Shown: positions 24,645-38,069 of the stretch, piece by piece
How the letters are laid out: each line of letters opens with the position of its first letter
Position numbering within the stretch: position 1 is the stretch's first letter
From: Antedon mediterranea
Taxonomy: Eukaryota; Animalia; Echinodermata
Assembly (NCBI RefSeq): GCF_964355755.1
Contig: NC_092674.1
Span: 8,308,001-8,372,000 of the forward strand
Length of the DNA stretch: 64,000 bases
Direction: 5' to 3'
Program-made: the position numbers and the translations under genes
The notes under the pieces: generated by a model
Told to the model about the DNA's origin: nothing
Databases searched by the model: none
The model's input: only the letters and a program-made list of their open reading frames with translations

Positions 24645-25948
24645 TTAGAATGTATTTCAATGTATGTAAAACATGAGTGGGAGAATATCTACATTATTAA
24701 ACTTTAAATACACTTACAGTGCACATATTGTATTTTGCATTCAAATTTACTAAATCATATTATTCATTTTCAAACAATACAGCATCTATATCAGTAGACA
24801 ATCAATATTATGTAATATTTTTTTTTACATAGATGAAAATAGAATTCTGCTAGAAGACATCAAAATAGTTATTGTGAATTCATAAACATTCATATCTATA
24901 TAATAATTAAATGATCAAATCTTTATAATCCATAGTATATTTTTGGTATATAGAGAAGGAGTATTGAATACATTGTGATTTTATTTAATTTTTAGCTCTT
25001 AGCTCTAGTCGACATAAGACACACAGCTAGGAGGAGACGATGCACAATTACAAGTGAGAATTGATTGATTCAACTGGAGACATTAGCTATTAGAGTACGT
25101 AGAAGAGTATTTTATCAGAAAAGATAACCATTAAAATTTGACTAATATGTCTAGATTTCAACAACTTCTCAAATGCATTCATTCAACAGTAAAATTATAA
25201 ATTTGTTTCCTGCTTATAAATAAAACATGTGCACACTAAAAGCACAGAGAATTTTAGTTCGATCGTAAATGGGCATCAACAATAATTAAAATATCTGTTA
25301 TAAAAGAATATTAGGATAAAACTATAGGAGACAATTAGCACAATTTGTATGCATCTCACCATTGGCTACTACGTAAATCTTTTTGTGTAGATTACGTACT
25401 ACTGCACAACAGAGGGCGACAGATGCTTCTGGGAGGTTACAATACATGCTGTCAAGACATTGGTTTTTTTAATTAATCAAATTTTGTTTCTTTGCAAAGT
25501 GTGTGTTTAACAATGAGAGAAGCATCAATTGATGGCTCAAAGGTAACAATGGCCATGTAGGCCTAATATGTGATAAATATTACAATATTTGACAAGACTG
25601 CAACAATGGTATGGAATGGGAGAGCTCATTAAAAATGGTATCATGAAAGTAAATAATAAAAAACCAAATTAGTCTTCATTTTAAGACATATATAATAGTT
25701 ATGCAAATTGTACTTTATAACACATACAAAAGGCTTAGCCAATGAATCAGCCGGTGCACAGAATTTCTACCCCAGTTCCCTTAGAAAAGTAAAATATTTA
25801 CAGGACTTTTTTGTATAATAGTTTCACTCTTTATTTACGATTTATACAGTTATTTCATATTAAAGTGGTTTATTTATAATAACAAATTTTAAGTCAATGC
25901 ATAAAAATGTTGTGTTTCTCACAAAATTAATTTATCTTAACAACTTTT

Positions 25949-28900
25949 TCATTGTGTACTATCTGGAAATATTACTTGAAGCAAAGCAACGTAGTTAACG
26001 GTCATGACTGAATCTTGTGTGTTGAGTGGTTTCCAGTCTTGATTGAATTTGACAGGGGGCGCTGTGTACTTCATTGTGCTCACCGCATGGTCTTGCCAGT
26101 TTAAGTATTGCATGAATGCGTTGAAGTTCACTTGCCCTTGTTCATTCATGTTCATTCTGTAAAAAAAGAAAATTGATGAGAGAAATTGGTTAACCGCAAT
26201 GACGTCCCTAAAAATTACGTACTTTAAAATTTGGGTAGGCTACAAATTGTAAACAAGCGCTATAAATTTATAAATACTGTAGCTTTACAACTTAAACATC
26301 GAGAAGGCACTGATGTATATAATCATAGGAAATTTAACGCCTTCCAAGCAGTTTGTTATGATTTCATACCCTTTCTAATTTTGGTTTGATTGTCCTAAAT
26401 GCCAGGAAAGGCGTTTGAACTGTTATTAATTTGTCAGATCTGAAGAACGACTCAAACTCATGCATACATTTTGCATGGCTTATAATTTATGCGCATATGA
26501 CAGTTTTCTTACCCGTAGAATGAAAAACCTTAAAATATAGACATTATCAAGAAAATACACATCCTACAGCAAATAACTCACCAAGGACGGATAAACTGTA
26601 ACATGCTCACAATAAGTCTTATTTGAGGATAGGGAGTTACAACCCTGGCACTAGGTCAGAATTGAACACTAGACCTCAGGATTGAAGGCAAGTACTGTGT
26701 GTTAACCACCAAGCTACAGCTCCGCTATAAACATTCTAGTACTTTCATAAGACTGTTTGTCATTGCACTTTTCCTAATCATTTCTGTACATCATTTTACA
26801 AGAGGTAACAGTACTATAAAAATCACTTATGATTGATTAATTAGCCCATGGCAGTAATGTATTTTATTACTAATATGAAAACTGTTATCATTATAAGTAA
26901 ACAAAATGCGCTGTTCAATGGCGGTATACCAGTGAGGTTATGGGTTCATTGAAACCCTCTGCCAAATTCAATAAATGAAATTCTTCTAGCTTTTAATTTT
27001 GAGGGCTTAAATTTCAATCAAATTTGATAATGACCTCTGTTCTTGGAAATATTAGTGTTAGAGTATATAATTAAACAAAGTGCTCCAACCAATAGTTTTT
27101 CTAATTTAGGTAAAAATATGGAATATTACATTTTTTAAATTGTTTGATTTCGATCATATTTAGAAGCTTAGATTAAATCTTTCTTGGTTAAATTTGGTAG
27201 ACCCACTTATGGTAATTTAATATCTATGGAATACATACCTTGAAAGCACCGCCCTCAGCAGGTCATCAGGGATGGGTACATGGAAAGCATGACAAGTACT
27301 TCTAATTTGATCAGGGTCAATGAACCCTGACCTGTCAGTATCATGATGGATAAATCCTTCTGTCAGTTTAGTGAAGTTTTCAAAGTTGTTCTTTCTCAGT
27401 TGCTCCTGAACAATGGACACAAGTGTGTTGAGGTCGATCTTGGTGTCTTGTGTATCACAGTAAAAGCGAGCTAGAGTCATGATCTCGTGCTCAGCTAGCT
27501 GGCTGCCACCGAGTTGCACCATTAGATTTCTGAAAGATGAAGCAACTATCAAACATGAATGATTTTTACTAGTAACACTTTGGAACAGCATCCCTTTGGA
27601 TATCTGACAGGCTCCTAGTTCTCATCTTTTTAAGAAACAACTAAAAACGTATTTGTTCCCTAACTAGCATTTTTATTTATTTTTGTCTATGTTGTTTCTG
27701 ATAATTTTCTCTATACAGCGCTTTGATCTTCTGGAAAGGCACTTTATAAATAATGAATAATAATAATATGTTGTGAACTTCTGCTCCATCATGAAATTTA
27801 GCCAACACTGATCGCATTTCCAGCCTGGTTAAACTACTGTACTCATTTTTCTTACCTAAATTGATCATAACCTAATTTTCCTGTATTTTGTGGATCGTTG
27901 CGATTGAAGAATTCCTTAACACGGTCTTTTTCACGTCCAGCAATACCCTTCAGTTTGGTAATTATTTTTTCAACATCGGATACTGAAAACTGTGAAACAA
28001 ATGTTTTGATTTATTAATATAATAACTTTATTGGGATTTGGAATATTAAACACATTTTTTAAACATTGGTAGTGGCTAAACTGTGCAACCAAATTTGGAT
28101 TTAGAAACTAGCATACTACAGTAAGTAAGGGGGTGGGGAATCAGAGGCAGATTTATACACTTTATGATTTGTAATTTAAGTGGCACATACTGTATTCAAT
28201 AACTCTGCTGAAAATAACTTACATCTTCGTTATGTTTTTCCATATATCTAAATGCATACTCATCAGCTTCTATCAGTATGAAGAAATGATTGTGGAAATT
28301 CACACGGCTACCAACATACAGATCTGCAGTGGTGTAGTACTCTGACAGATGAGTGCCAAACAGAGGCTGGCCAGGCTTCTTGATTCGGTTACGTTCCAGG
28401 AATTTACCACCAATTATGCCTAGGAAGGACAAGATTCATATCAATAACGTTTATGAAGTTTAAAAATACTTGTATTATTTGTTCTGCACATATCCAACAG
28501 CAAATAGGCTAGGAATATCTCATGCATTCTGGACTGACTTAATACAAAGTGGATGTGGCATCATTTGGCCATAAGAAAAATACCTAAAGAACCTAGAACA
28601 TGGCCTAAAGGTCTATCTACACTATCACACTTAATGTGACAAAAAATGTGATGTGCCCATTTATTTTATGGACACAATAATTTCATATTACTACCATATT
28701 TGTTATTCAGATTTTTGTAGACAGAGCTTAAAAGCTACAAGTGGACCTTACAATTTGTTTGCTGTTGGTTGTGGTTTTAAAAATAAAGAAATAATACATG
28801 TTATAAAAGATTGTGTGACAGAATCAACACTTGCAAAATATATTTCTCTGTTTTAAGAAGGCACTTCAGGTCAATCATTTATTACTTAACTAATTGTAAT

Positions 28901-31900
28901 AAGCCACTGTAAAGATAATTAAATAATTCAACAATCCTTTATTAATCATGCATTATACAGTGACAAAACCAATAAATTACATTATTTTGTAATTAAAATT
29001 AATATTCATGAAAAGATTGAAAAAGTATATTTGGCATCGAGCCAAGGGCAATTACCCCTTTTAAAGTGAATTATTAATATATTTTATCAATTATTAAAAT
29101 AGACTATTATTATTCTTTTATTATTAAATCTATCAATTTGAACTTATTCAGCTTTAGTTGGTCAAAATATTCCTAAAAACGAATAAAGAAATTGTATTAC
29201 AAATTAATTTTGACAAGATATTAGCAGCGTAGATGAATTATTGATACTTTAATGGTTTTTATATTTATTGTATTATTTATTGTAGAACAATTTAAATGCA
29301 AATCTATATTTTATAAACTGTTTTTCTATTTGCCATCCAATCATATCTCAGGAAATAAGTTTGTCAGATTTTCATTAGCCAATCGAACAGCTCAGCAGCT
29401 ATTTTTTTTTCTATGTGAAAACATTGCGATTCGTGCGACTATATTTGTCTAGTAGAAAACAGGCTTAAAGCAATGCCTAGAGCAGGGGGTTCTGAACATT
29501 TTTGTAGTGCGGGACGAAATTTATAAATAATCTCGCAGGCCAAAAAGAACATACCGCACAACAGGCATGTGATGATGGCCGGAAATGGTACTCTTGCACT
29601 TAAAATTAATGATAAATGGCACCTTTAGTTGGCCAGACATGACACTCTTATAGTGCGCTAGCAATCGGCAAAAACGATACCTTTTTTCCGCTGCATGCTA
29701 CTAAGATAACATTTGTGTTCCCACTGATGCGAACATCAAGGGGAAGTCCAAGATGACGGTATTGTATTTCCGGTACGGTTATAAATTTATGCTAATAATT
29801 TTATATTTACATTATAATTAATGCAAATATTAATTTTATATACTTACCTTGGATTATTAACTCTTTTTTTATTTACTGTACTTTGCTTTTAACATTTTTA
29901 GTAGCTCTTCGCAGAGCATCTAGCCCGAAGGCCGGCTGTTGAGAACCCCTGGCCTAGAGCTACCATCATGAGGATGTATGGATTGTGACATTCAAGAATT
30001 AATGCTACTGTTGTGCCTTACCAGAGTTTCTCACAGGTGGTTCAAACACAGCAATTGTATCATCCGACAAGAAGTACGAGATGATGAATCGTCGGTCAAC
30101 ATCAATCGGTTTGTTAGTGTCCAACCGAGCAACAAAGCGTAACACATTGCTCTCTAGGCCATGTCTATAAACGAAAGAAGTGGTGTTCAATGTGTAAAAC
30201 AAATTGGGCTTGCGTTCAATTTATTTCAATTGAGCTTGGCAACAAATATAGCTTATATAATCAATCAACAATATCCCTTGCAATACTATCAGATATCTAG
30301 GCTAATGCTATAAAAGGAATAAATAAATTACAGGTTTGTTTTTAAATAGTATTAGCTTATTACAACTATAAAGACAAATGCAAACTAAATACTGTAATAA
30401 TATAATTATATTTTATTTACAATAATTAATTACTTGGTTTTTCTTTTCCAAAGGTACACATTAGCTTCAAGATCTTTGCTCTGTGTAACACAGATATTGA
30501 AAACCAATTGAAATGGAATTTCTGGTTTATGAAAAGAATAAGACACTTTGTAATCTGGATTTCTTAGGCCTTTGATTTTATGAGAGTTGTTACCTGTCTT
30601 TCTCCATGAACTTGATAAAGTCTCTCCTTGGAGGCTTAGGTAAAAGACCCATGCATGAACAGAGTGAATCCTCCTCAGATCCAAATCCAGTGTATGGTGG
30701 CCATTCATGGTTGATTGGCTCTCCAGAGGATGACTGGTAATTCAATGGTTTGAATGATGCTACAATAAACAGAAAGTCAACCATCAATTCATAGCAAATG
30801 AGATACTAATTTGGCATAATGATAAATCTCACTTGTATGAGAGGCATTGACACCTGCCTGTACCATACTCTTTGTATCCTTAAGGGTCTTTTCACACATT
30901 TTCCAGCACGGTTCTGATCCGGCGAATCGAACATCAATTTTTGGTTTTCACGACGTTCCACGCGGCTATGCACCAATCGATATGCACGTAGCCCAAGAAA
31001 ACAAAACATTGACGTCCGATTGGATTCTCCGTCGCCGGACCGGAACTGGTGTGAAAGACCCTTTAGACAAGATGTTTTACTCTCATTAACTCGTCTTTCA
31101 GATGGGATGTCCCACGTAGTACATAATAAAGAATTTGTTTCCAGTTAAACAATCGAGGTTAGGATATTACACTTACATTATGAATATAATATAAAATGAA
31201 CATTATTAATTTAATAGCAAATTCAATTCTTCTGTCAAATTCTTGCAATATAACAATATATTCATACTACAGTAGTGTCATGTAATTAATAAATATAATA
31301 ATATCAATATTACTGTACTTACTGACACCATATTTAGTGGAATAGTATTGTTTTGTAAAGTCATCACAATCGGTGAGTGTGAGAGTGCGCCCCCACAGGT
31401 TGATTTGAGTGCCAATGCAAAGATTACTGTCATGGTAATATTCGCTGTGAACTGCACCTGTCTAAAAATAGCAACAAAAAAGAAGAAGACAATCCTAATT
31501 AATATTCATAAGACAAAATGACACCTATTCAGTACAATCAATTGTGAACTATTTAACCGTGTTACTGCAAAAACAAAGAATTGCTATTGATGAAACTTGT
31601 TTAAAGTTAAGCTTAAACGATAAAAACAAAGATCTTATGTACTCATTTAAAAAAAGTAAGACTGATATAACAAAACTATTAAACTCAAGTTTTATAGTAA
31701 GGCCTATACAAATGTCTTTATTATTCTCCAGTCTAGAATACTGCATAAAGTTCTCTTACCTTTAGACTGTCAAGAATATATCTTCCTTTATGTCCCATAG
31801 GGCCAAATACATTTAGCACTGTTCGACCTGTGGTCTCTCCAGGCTGTGGCAGAGCTTCTGGCGCAGCCTTCGGGAGACGACCTCTCCTCAGGAACATGGG

Positions 31901-34900
31901 TGCAGCATCCCTCCCAGCATTTGGGCGAATGATTTCTTTAACTTCAACTGTATCGTCAGCCAAGAAATAATGTAAAATCATTTCACGAGCATCTCCAAAC
32001 ATGCTGTCTTTATCGTCCCATAGTCCGAAAAATCGCAAGACTTGACGATCATGGTCAAGAAACTGTTTCAGGGTGTCGACCTTCTCGTAGGGTCGTAAAG
32101 GCTGCTGCGTTTCATCCATCTGAAAGGAAAGACAAATAAAAAAAATGACAATTAAATAATATTTTGTTTTTTCTATACCTAAAGACATCAATAAAATGTC
32201 ATTATATATTACATATTGTAATAAAAACAGTTCAGTTAGTCATGATAAAGGAATTTCATTTTCCATCAGATTTGAGAAACATTTTTGCATTCTTGTTTTG
32301 TTAATAGTTTGACATTTTCTTAATTTTTTTTTTTATGTTTGTTTGTTTTGTTTATGAAAATTAATTCTTAAATTGGTTTAAAAGTGGGAAAGTAAAGTAT
32401 CTCAAGAAGCGAGGCTTGCATAGGGAAGAAAAAGAAACATGTATAAATTTGTATTTAACAATAAATAAATAAATCTTTGTCCTGTGCTGGAAAAAGAAAT
32501 ATTGGTCAAAACAGTTTCCGGCTAAAAGGACCTTTTACCCAAATATAGAAGATATTCAAATATCTAGTTGATAAGCCTCCTACTTACAGCTTTTCTATGT
32601 TCAGTGTTCGGGTCGCTTGGAGTGCCTACAGGTGCCTTGATCCGCACTCCCAGTTTACGTAAAAAGTTGTATGTGAATTGATCACAGCCTGTGATTTTAA
32701 AGGTGCGTCCATACAGTGTGATCTCCTTATCTACATTAAAGTGTTCAACCGTGTAGAACTGATCATCATTGGGTGGTGGTAGAGGAATACGATGTCGTCG
32801 GATCAATGTACCTAAAGAATATAAAACATTAACAATATTATTATTAATATTTAACCATCTCAAGTTTCGCCCATATGTTACCGAAGAGTTCTCATTAATG
32901 ACAATGGAGGGACAAATGAGCTAGTTCTCAATGTCCTACGGTTCAAGGTATAATATTAATATCAATTCATTTTTTTTTTATTTCATTATATAAGAAATTA
33001 CAAAGGAAAACATAATACAATTAAAAGCAAACAAAAACAACATAGATATCCATCTCCTTATAAATTAAATAAAGTTTCATAAAATTATTCTAATCTCTAA
33101 CAATTTCATATCTAACAAGAGAGATTATTATCAATTAATACTTTAAATTAGGATTATTGTGAGCTTTATAATATATTCTATATTGAATCATGTGTTGAAA
33201 TAAATTTTGAATATGCATTTATCATAAATATTATATAATTATTTAAATAAAAAGGCTTTAGAGTTTTTGGTTACATTTAATAACTGTTTATTTTATTTTG
33301 TACATTCTGTGTTTTTGGAAAGAGTGAATAATTCATAATTAACAAAACTACAAAATGTTTTGGGGTGTTGCATAAAATTCAAATTAGTCAATTTTATCAA
33401 AAGTAATCACCTTGTGGTATGCCACTATTATTAACCTGAGGTTCAATTACTTGAATTGAGTCGTCTTCTAAGTAAAAGTAAATCTTGCATTTTCTTATTC
33501 GGTACTGCTCTTCTCGTTTCTCATGCACTGCTTCTTGGAAGTAAGCATCGAACCTCATCACTTGACGGTCGAATGCTACCCAGGCTGGGGCGGCATTGCC
33601 TTCCCCTTGTGGGATATTGCTGAGCTGTGGCTTAGGTCTTTGCCCAACGAGTCTTTGACCTCCTATTCCAGATTTATGTTCACCAACGTACATTGAAACA
33701 TCATTGCGGTTGTCGAACTGATGTGATTTTTTGAAGTTTGTTTTACCAACCTGAAAGTTAGTTAAAATTAAAAAAAAATGTTAAATTTGATTAAGTTTAA
33801 ATAAAGCTTGTCAAGAATAAATAACAAAAATAATTGATGTGTGCCACACACAGTTTGAATGAATCTAACTTCAGTGATGTACTGTACTCCTCCTAGCTAG
33901 GCTATCCCTACTAATTAGCAAGGCCAACAAGGATTACGGTCGAAGCGGCAGCCAACTAAAGCGGTTAAATAACGGTAATCTGTATGGAACGCCGTGTGCG
34001 CTTTGATTGTCGTTGTTTTGTAATCTTTGATTGTCATTGTTTCGACAGGTTTTCTTTACCTCGGACGTAATTAACAATCTCCATTATTATGTAATTTATT
34101 CTCTTTTTTTTTTTACAGATTGAATGTGATACGCGTACGTTCTTTTAAACGAAATGGCGAATCGATGATTACTTATTTTAACTGTTCTAAATGATATACA
34201 TATGTTTAATAAAGTCTATAAAATACATTGTGGTGTTTATATTGTATATTAATATAATATAATAATAAGCCAATTATTAAGAATTATATATAAATAAACC
34301 AATCAATAAAGTATATCAAAATATATAAATATATTAATAATTAAAAATATTTGTTATTGTATATTAATTAATTAGTAAAGTAACTATAGTAGTGTTCGCA
34401 ATCATAATTTAATTACAATAACATGATGACAGCAATTTATTTAATATCCTACACTATTTTATTACTTCAGATATTTAAATATTGATCAATTGAAAATGAG
34501 TTTTAAATACTAAAATAAGATGAAAGTGTCTGTTTGATACGGTAATTAATTACGTGAATTTCTGCTAATAACTCGACTGACGGCCAGCAATAGTGCTGCT
34601 GCACATTAGGTGGGCGTCCCATGTTGCTTTATTGAAAACACAAACAATGTATTACAATGGAATAACACTTAAATGTATAACACACACTATTACTAATAAT
34701 AAAAACCAAGATTCGATAGTACAGTATGTCAATGAGATATAAATATTCGGCAATACCGTACGTAAATTATTATTGCAATACTGTATAAAGATTCGATAGT
34801 ATGTAAACAAGATATAAATATTCGGTAATACCGTACGTAAATTATTAATGCAATACTGTATAAAGATTCGATAGTATGTAAACAAGATATAAATATTCGG

Positions 34901-36360
34901 CAATACCGTACGTAAATTATTATTTAATGCAACACTGTATAAAGATGATTCGATTAAGTCTGTAAATGAGATATCAAGATTCGGCAATACCGTACGTAAA
35001 TTATTAATGCAATACTGTATAAAGATTCAATAGTATGTAAAAATGAGATATAAAGATTCGGCAATACCGTACGTAAATTATTAATGCAATACTGTATAAA
35101 GATTCAATAGTATGTAAACGAGATATAAAGATTCGGCAATACCGTACGTAAATTATTAATGCAATACTGTATAAAGATTCGATAGTATGTCAAATGAGAT
35201 ATCAAGATTCGGCAATACCGTACGTAAATTATTAATGCAATACTGTATAAAGATTCAATAGTATGTAAAAATGAGATATAAAGATTCGGCAATACCGTAC
35301 GTAAATTATTAATGCAATACTGTATAAAGATTCGATAGTATGTAAACGAGATATAAAGATTCGGCAATACCATACGTAAATTATTAATGCAATACTGTAT
35401 AAAATTCGATAGTATGTAAATGAGATATAAAGGTTCGGCAATACCGTACGTAAATTATTATTGCAATACTGTATAAAATTCGATAGTTAAATGTAAATGA
35501 GATATAAATATTCGGCAATACCGTACGTAAATTATTATTGCAATACTGTATAAAAATCGATAGTATGTAAATGAGATATAAAGATTCGGCAATACCGTAC
35601 GTAAATTAATATTATTATTGCAATACTGTATAAGGTTTCAATAGTATATAAACGAGATATAAAGATTCGGCAATATCGTATACGTAAATTATTATTGCAA
35701 TATTGTATAAGGATTCAATAGTATGTAAACGAGATATAAAGGTTCGGCAAAATATATTTCGATATATGTATTAGTTAATAATAATAGTAAATACAAATAA
35801 AATATACATTGATTTATCGGCAGGCAAACTTAATTATTATAGAAATATAAAGATTTGATAGTACATGAGTTGGCTTATATTTATTTAGCTGTAACTCAAC
35901 TCGCCATAGGCCATGGCGTTGACAACGACAATCAAAGATTAAAGCGCACATGGCGTTCCATACAAATGACGATATTAAACTGGCGGCCGCTTTGGTTGGC
36001 AGCCGCTTCGACCATACTCCGCCAACAATAGGCTTAGCTAGGGCCAGGCTACTCTGACACCGTGGTGGTGGTGGTCAGGTGCGCTGATTTTTAACTGATT
36101 TGGATTTGTGTATGTAGGCCTCTAGCTAGATAGGCCTAGATAGCCTCCTACTACTACTATAGGCCTACTAGTACTAGGCTAGGCCTACTGGCCTAGGCCT
36201 AGGGCCTAGCTAGTAGCTAGCCTAGCTAGCTAGGAGGGCCTCTAGCTAGCTAGCTAGGGCTAGTAGGCTAGTGGACTGCTTGAATTATTACATCAACAAC
36301 ACCTAAAAATCGACTTACATTTGAATTCAATGAGTTTCCTGGAAGAAATGGAAGTGACAT
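25949..36360 (-). CDS. EFHC2: EF-hand domain-containing family member C2 (Rib72-like ciliary microtubule inner protein; three DM10 domains plus EF-hand), 747 aa
   Basis: Eleven GT-AG exons join in frame (2244 nt): 36360-36319, 33750-33411, 32811-32588, 32119-31760, 31461-31323, 30759-30594, 30164-30022, 28419-28223, 27989-27856, 27529-27239, 26156-25949. Hallmark segments are MSLPFLPGNS, PAWVAFDRQVMRFDAYFQEAV..YFYLEDDSIQVIEP..NSGIPQG, LKQFLDHDRQVLRF, PPYTGFGSEEDSL and [34 protein letters not shown]. Confidence 0.95.
26565..26724 (-). mobile_element. tRNA-derived SINE (5' part)
   Basis: The minus strand begins ggagctgtagcttggtggttaa (A box) and later gtgttcaattc (B box), then continues into a non-tRNA body. 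Confidence 0.55.
28609..28728. mobile_element. PIF/Harbinger-like MITE, short copy of the 14907/23963 family
   Basis: aggtctatctacactatca ... tgtagacagagct with TAA on both sides. Internal gtgatgtgccc and ctaccatattt motifs are shared with the family. Confidence 0.7.
29483..29951. mobile_element. hAT (Charlie-like) MITE
   Basis: CAGGGG(G)TTCT ... AGAACCCCTG ends with a perfect 8-bp TSD GCCTAGAG (29475-29482 and 29952-29959). Confidence 0.85.
30883..31062. mobile_element. PIF/Harbinger-like MITE
   Basis: TIR agggtcttt(t)cacac / gtgtgaaagaccct with a TTA TSD. Confidence 0.75.
33931..36020. mobile_element. 2.1-kb non-autonomous TIR element (MULE-like) in EFHC2 intron 1, carrying a tandem array
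   Basis: Imperfect ~100-bp TIRs (gga...ggtcgaagcggc.gccaac.aaagcgg...tgtatggaacgcc.tgtgcgcttt...ttgtcgttg). Perfect 8-bp TSD GCCAACAA at 33923-33930 and 36021-36028. Confidence 0.85.
34708..35752. repeat. 75-bp tandem repeat, ~13.5 copies
   Basis: Unit gattcggcaataccgtacgtaaattattaatgcaatactgtataaagattcgatagtatgtaaacgagatataaa. Confidence 0.95.
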
Positions 36361-36486
36361 CGTTGTGTTTAAATTGATAAAATTGCAGGTATTTGGTTTT
36401 CTTCTCCGTATGTTTTCAACTGCCAGTTGTTGTGTGTCTTCGATTTGTGTTGTGAAAATGCTAGCAGCCGACAATTTGTTGGTGAG

Positions 36487-36499
36487 GTTGCCATGCGAC
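36487..36499. promoter_or_regulatory. RFX X-box-like motif upstream of EFHC2
   Basis: GTTGCCATGCGAC has a perfect GTTGCC half-site and lies ~127 bp upstream of the EFHC2 ATG. RFX factors regulate ciliary genes. Confidence 0.6.
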
Positions 36500-37505
36500 A
36501 AAGCATGATAATAAAGTAGTAGTATTAATTTATTTGTATTATTAAACCAGTTATTCAAAACAATTAAGATTAAATAATATTACACAATGATTAGTAAATT
36601 ATGCAAGATAATATATTAAGTATTTATTTTAAATGCACAAGAATAATATCAAATAAAACTTTTAATGTACAAACATACCAAACAACAGAGGGCAGTATAT
36701 ATATATATTTTTTTTTCTTGAAGGTACGTTTGATTGACGCCGCCCGACCCCCCCCACACGCACCATCTCGTAAGTTCTAGCTGGCCTAGGCTAGCTTAAA
36801 TTATTTCGTTTTTTGTATTACATTCTATATTGATTCGGATTAACATTTGGTATATAAAATAATAATAGTCTAGGCCTATTATTATATAGGCCTATGTATA
36901 AAGTTAAGCCAGGTGTCTGACATCGTTTTTGACAGAGAGAGCGCGCGGACAATGAACCAGGTACGATCTCTTTTGGTAAAGTCGATTGGCCCCATACAAT
37001 TTGCCTTGAGCCTGGCGCATATTAGTATTATCCTCTATAATTACCGTACCTTTAGTTTTTAGAAGTATAGATACGGTACCGTATCTTTAGCCATATTAAA
37101 CGTTAAAAATATATATATAGGTAGGCCCTAACTTTATTCCAAAAAATGTAACAAAACCACGCACTGTGGATTTACAAAATCTGATACGTTCTTATATGCA
37201 TGCATCCTACAACAACAAAAAATATAAAATAACGTAAAAATAAAGATTCAAAATAACAAAAGCCACTTATTTCTGTTGCTGGCAATCTCACGCAAATTAA
37301 TTAGGTCGTTTAAATTATTTATCTTAAAATTTCTGATAAATAAATCATTTTTAAGTGTACTTAACAGATTGGTTTGATGTTTTCCAATTCGCACTTTTAT
37401 TGGATTAGAGTGTACTATACCAAACACCAATGCTGAAAAAGCAGGAGTATCTTCACTCATTCTAAGTATATGGCCAAGCATAGACCACCTATGTTTATTT
37501 ACATT

Positions 37506-38069
37506 TACACTTAACTTACACTTAATGTTTGATGGAAATAGTTTAGGCTAGTGCCTATTAGATTCCATTTCTAGCCGAAAATAGTTGTCAAGTCTAGACT
37601 TAAAGATGTTCACTGAAGAGGCTTGTATTACTGTACATATTCAGGCAGAGAATTCCAGTGATGTATGACTCTGATGGTAAAAAAGTTGACCCTGCACATA
37701 AGATTTCCTCTAAGTTTTGGACGATATAGTTTTAAGCTGTGTCCCCTGGTTCTGATGTTGTGAGACAATTTAAATAAATATTTTGGGTCAATATCCTCAA
37801 AGCCTTTCAAAATTTTGAAAGCTTCAATCAAATCTCCTCGTAGTCTTCTTGTCTCTAATGGTTGAAGATCAAGATATTCTAACCTTTTTTCATATGGTAG
37901 ATCACTTATTGACTTGACCATCTTTGTAGCTCTTCTCTGCACCTTCTCCAAGATTTCTTTGTCTTTGTTATAGTAAGGAGACCAGGACTGTATACAGTAT
38001 TCCATATGTGGACGGATGTATGCCTTGTACATGACCCAAAAACTTTCTTTGTCAATATTATTATTATTA
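37506..38069 (-). mobile_element. 5'-truncated CR1 LINE fragment inserted in the RTE-like LINE
   Basis: YKAYIRPHMEYCIQSWSPY..LEKVQRRATKMV..RRLRGDLIEAFKI..TRGHSLKL..WNSLP is the CR1 ORF2 C-terminus. It has a 3' repeat tail and a candidate TSD AATGTAA. Confidence 0.9.

Noticed and set aside
25747-25779. Alternative last EFHC2 exon (GTGVEILCTG*) via a donor at 25975
   Set aside because: Read-through to the stop at 25949 already gives a family-like end and length, and there is no other support.
26640-26724. tRNA gene (also 20060-20118 and 44559-44625)
   Set aside because: Only degenerate A/B boxes are present, with no cloverleaf. The sequence continues into SINE bodies.
30806-31089. ORFs in EFHC2 intron 5 as an extra exon or nested gene
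   Set aside because: They overlap a GC-richer MITE, and the flanking EFHC2 exons already join in phase.
34652-35441. Repetitive ORFs (NNLRTVLPN...)
   Set aside because: They are by-products of the 75-bp array.
34708-35752. CRISPR-like appearance of regular repeats (also 23963-24644 and 58553-59120)
   Set aside because: Units are contiguous with no unique spacers, there are no cas genes, and the context is eukaryotic and intronic or intergenic.
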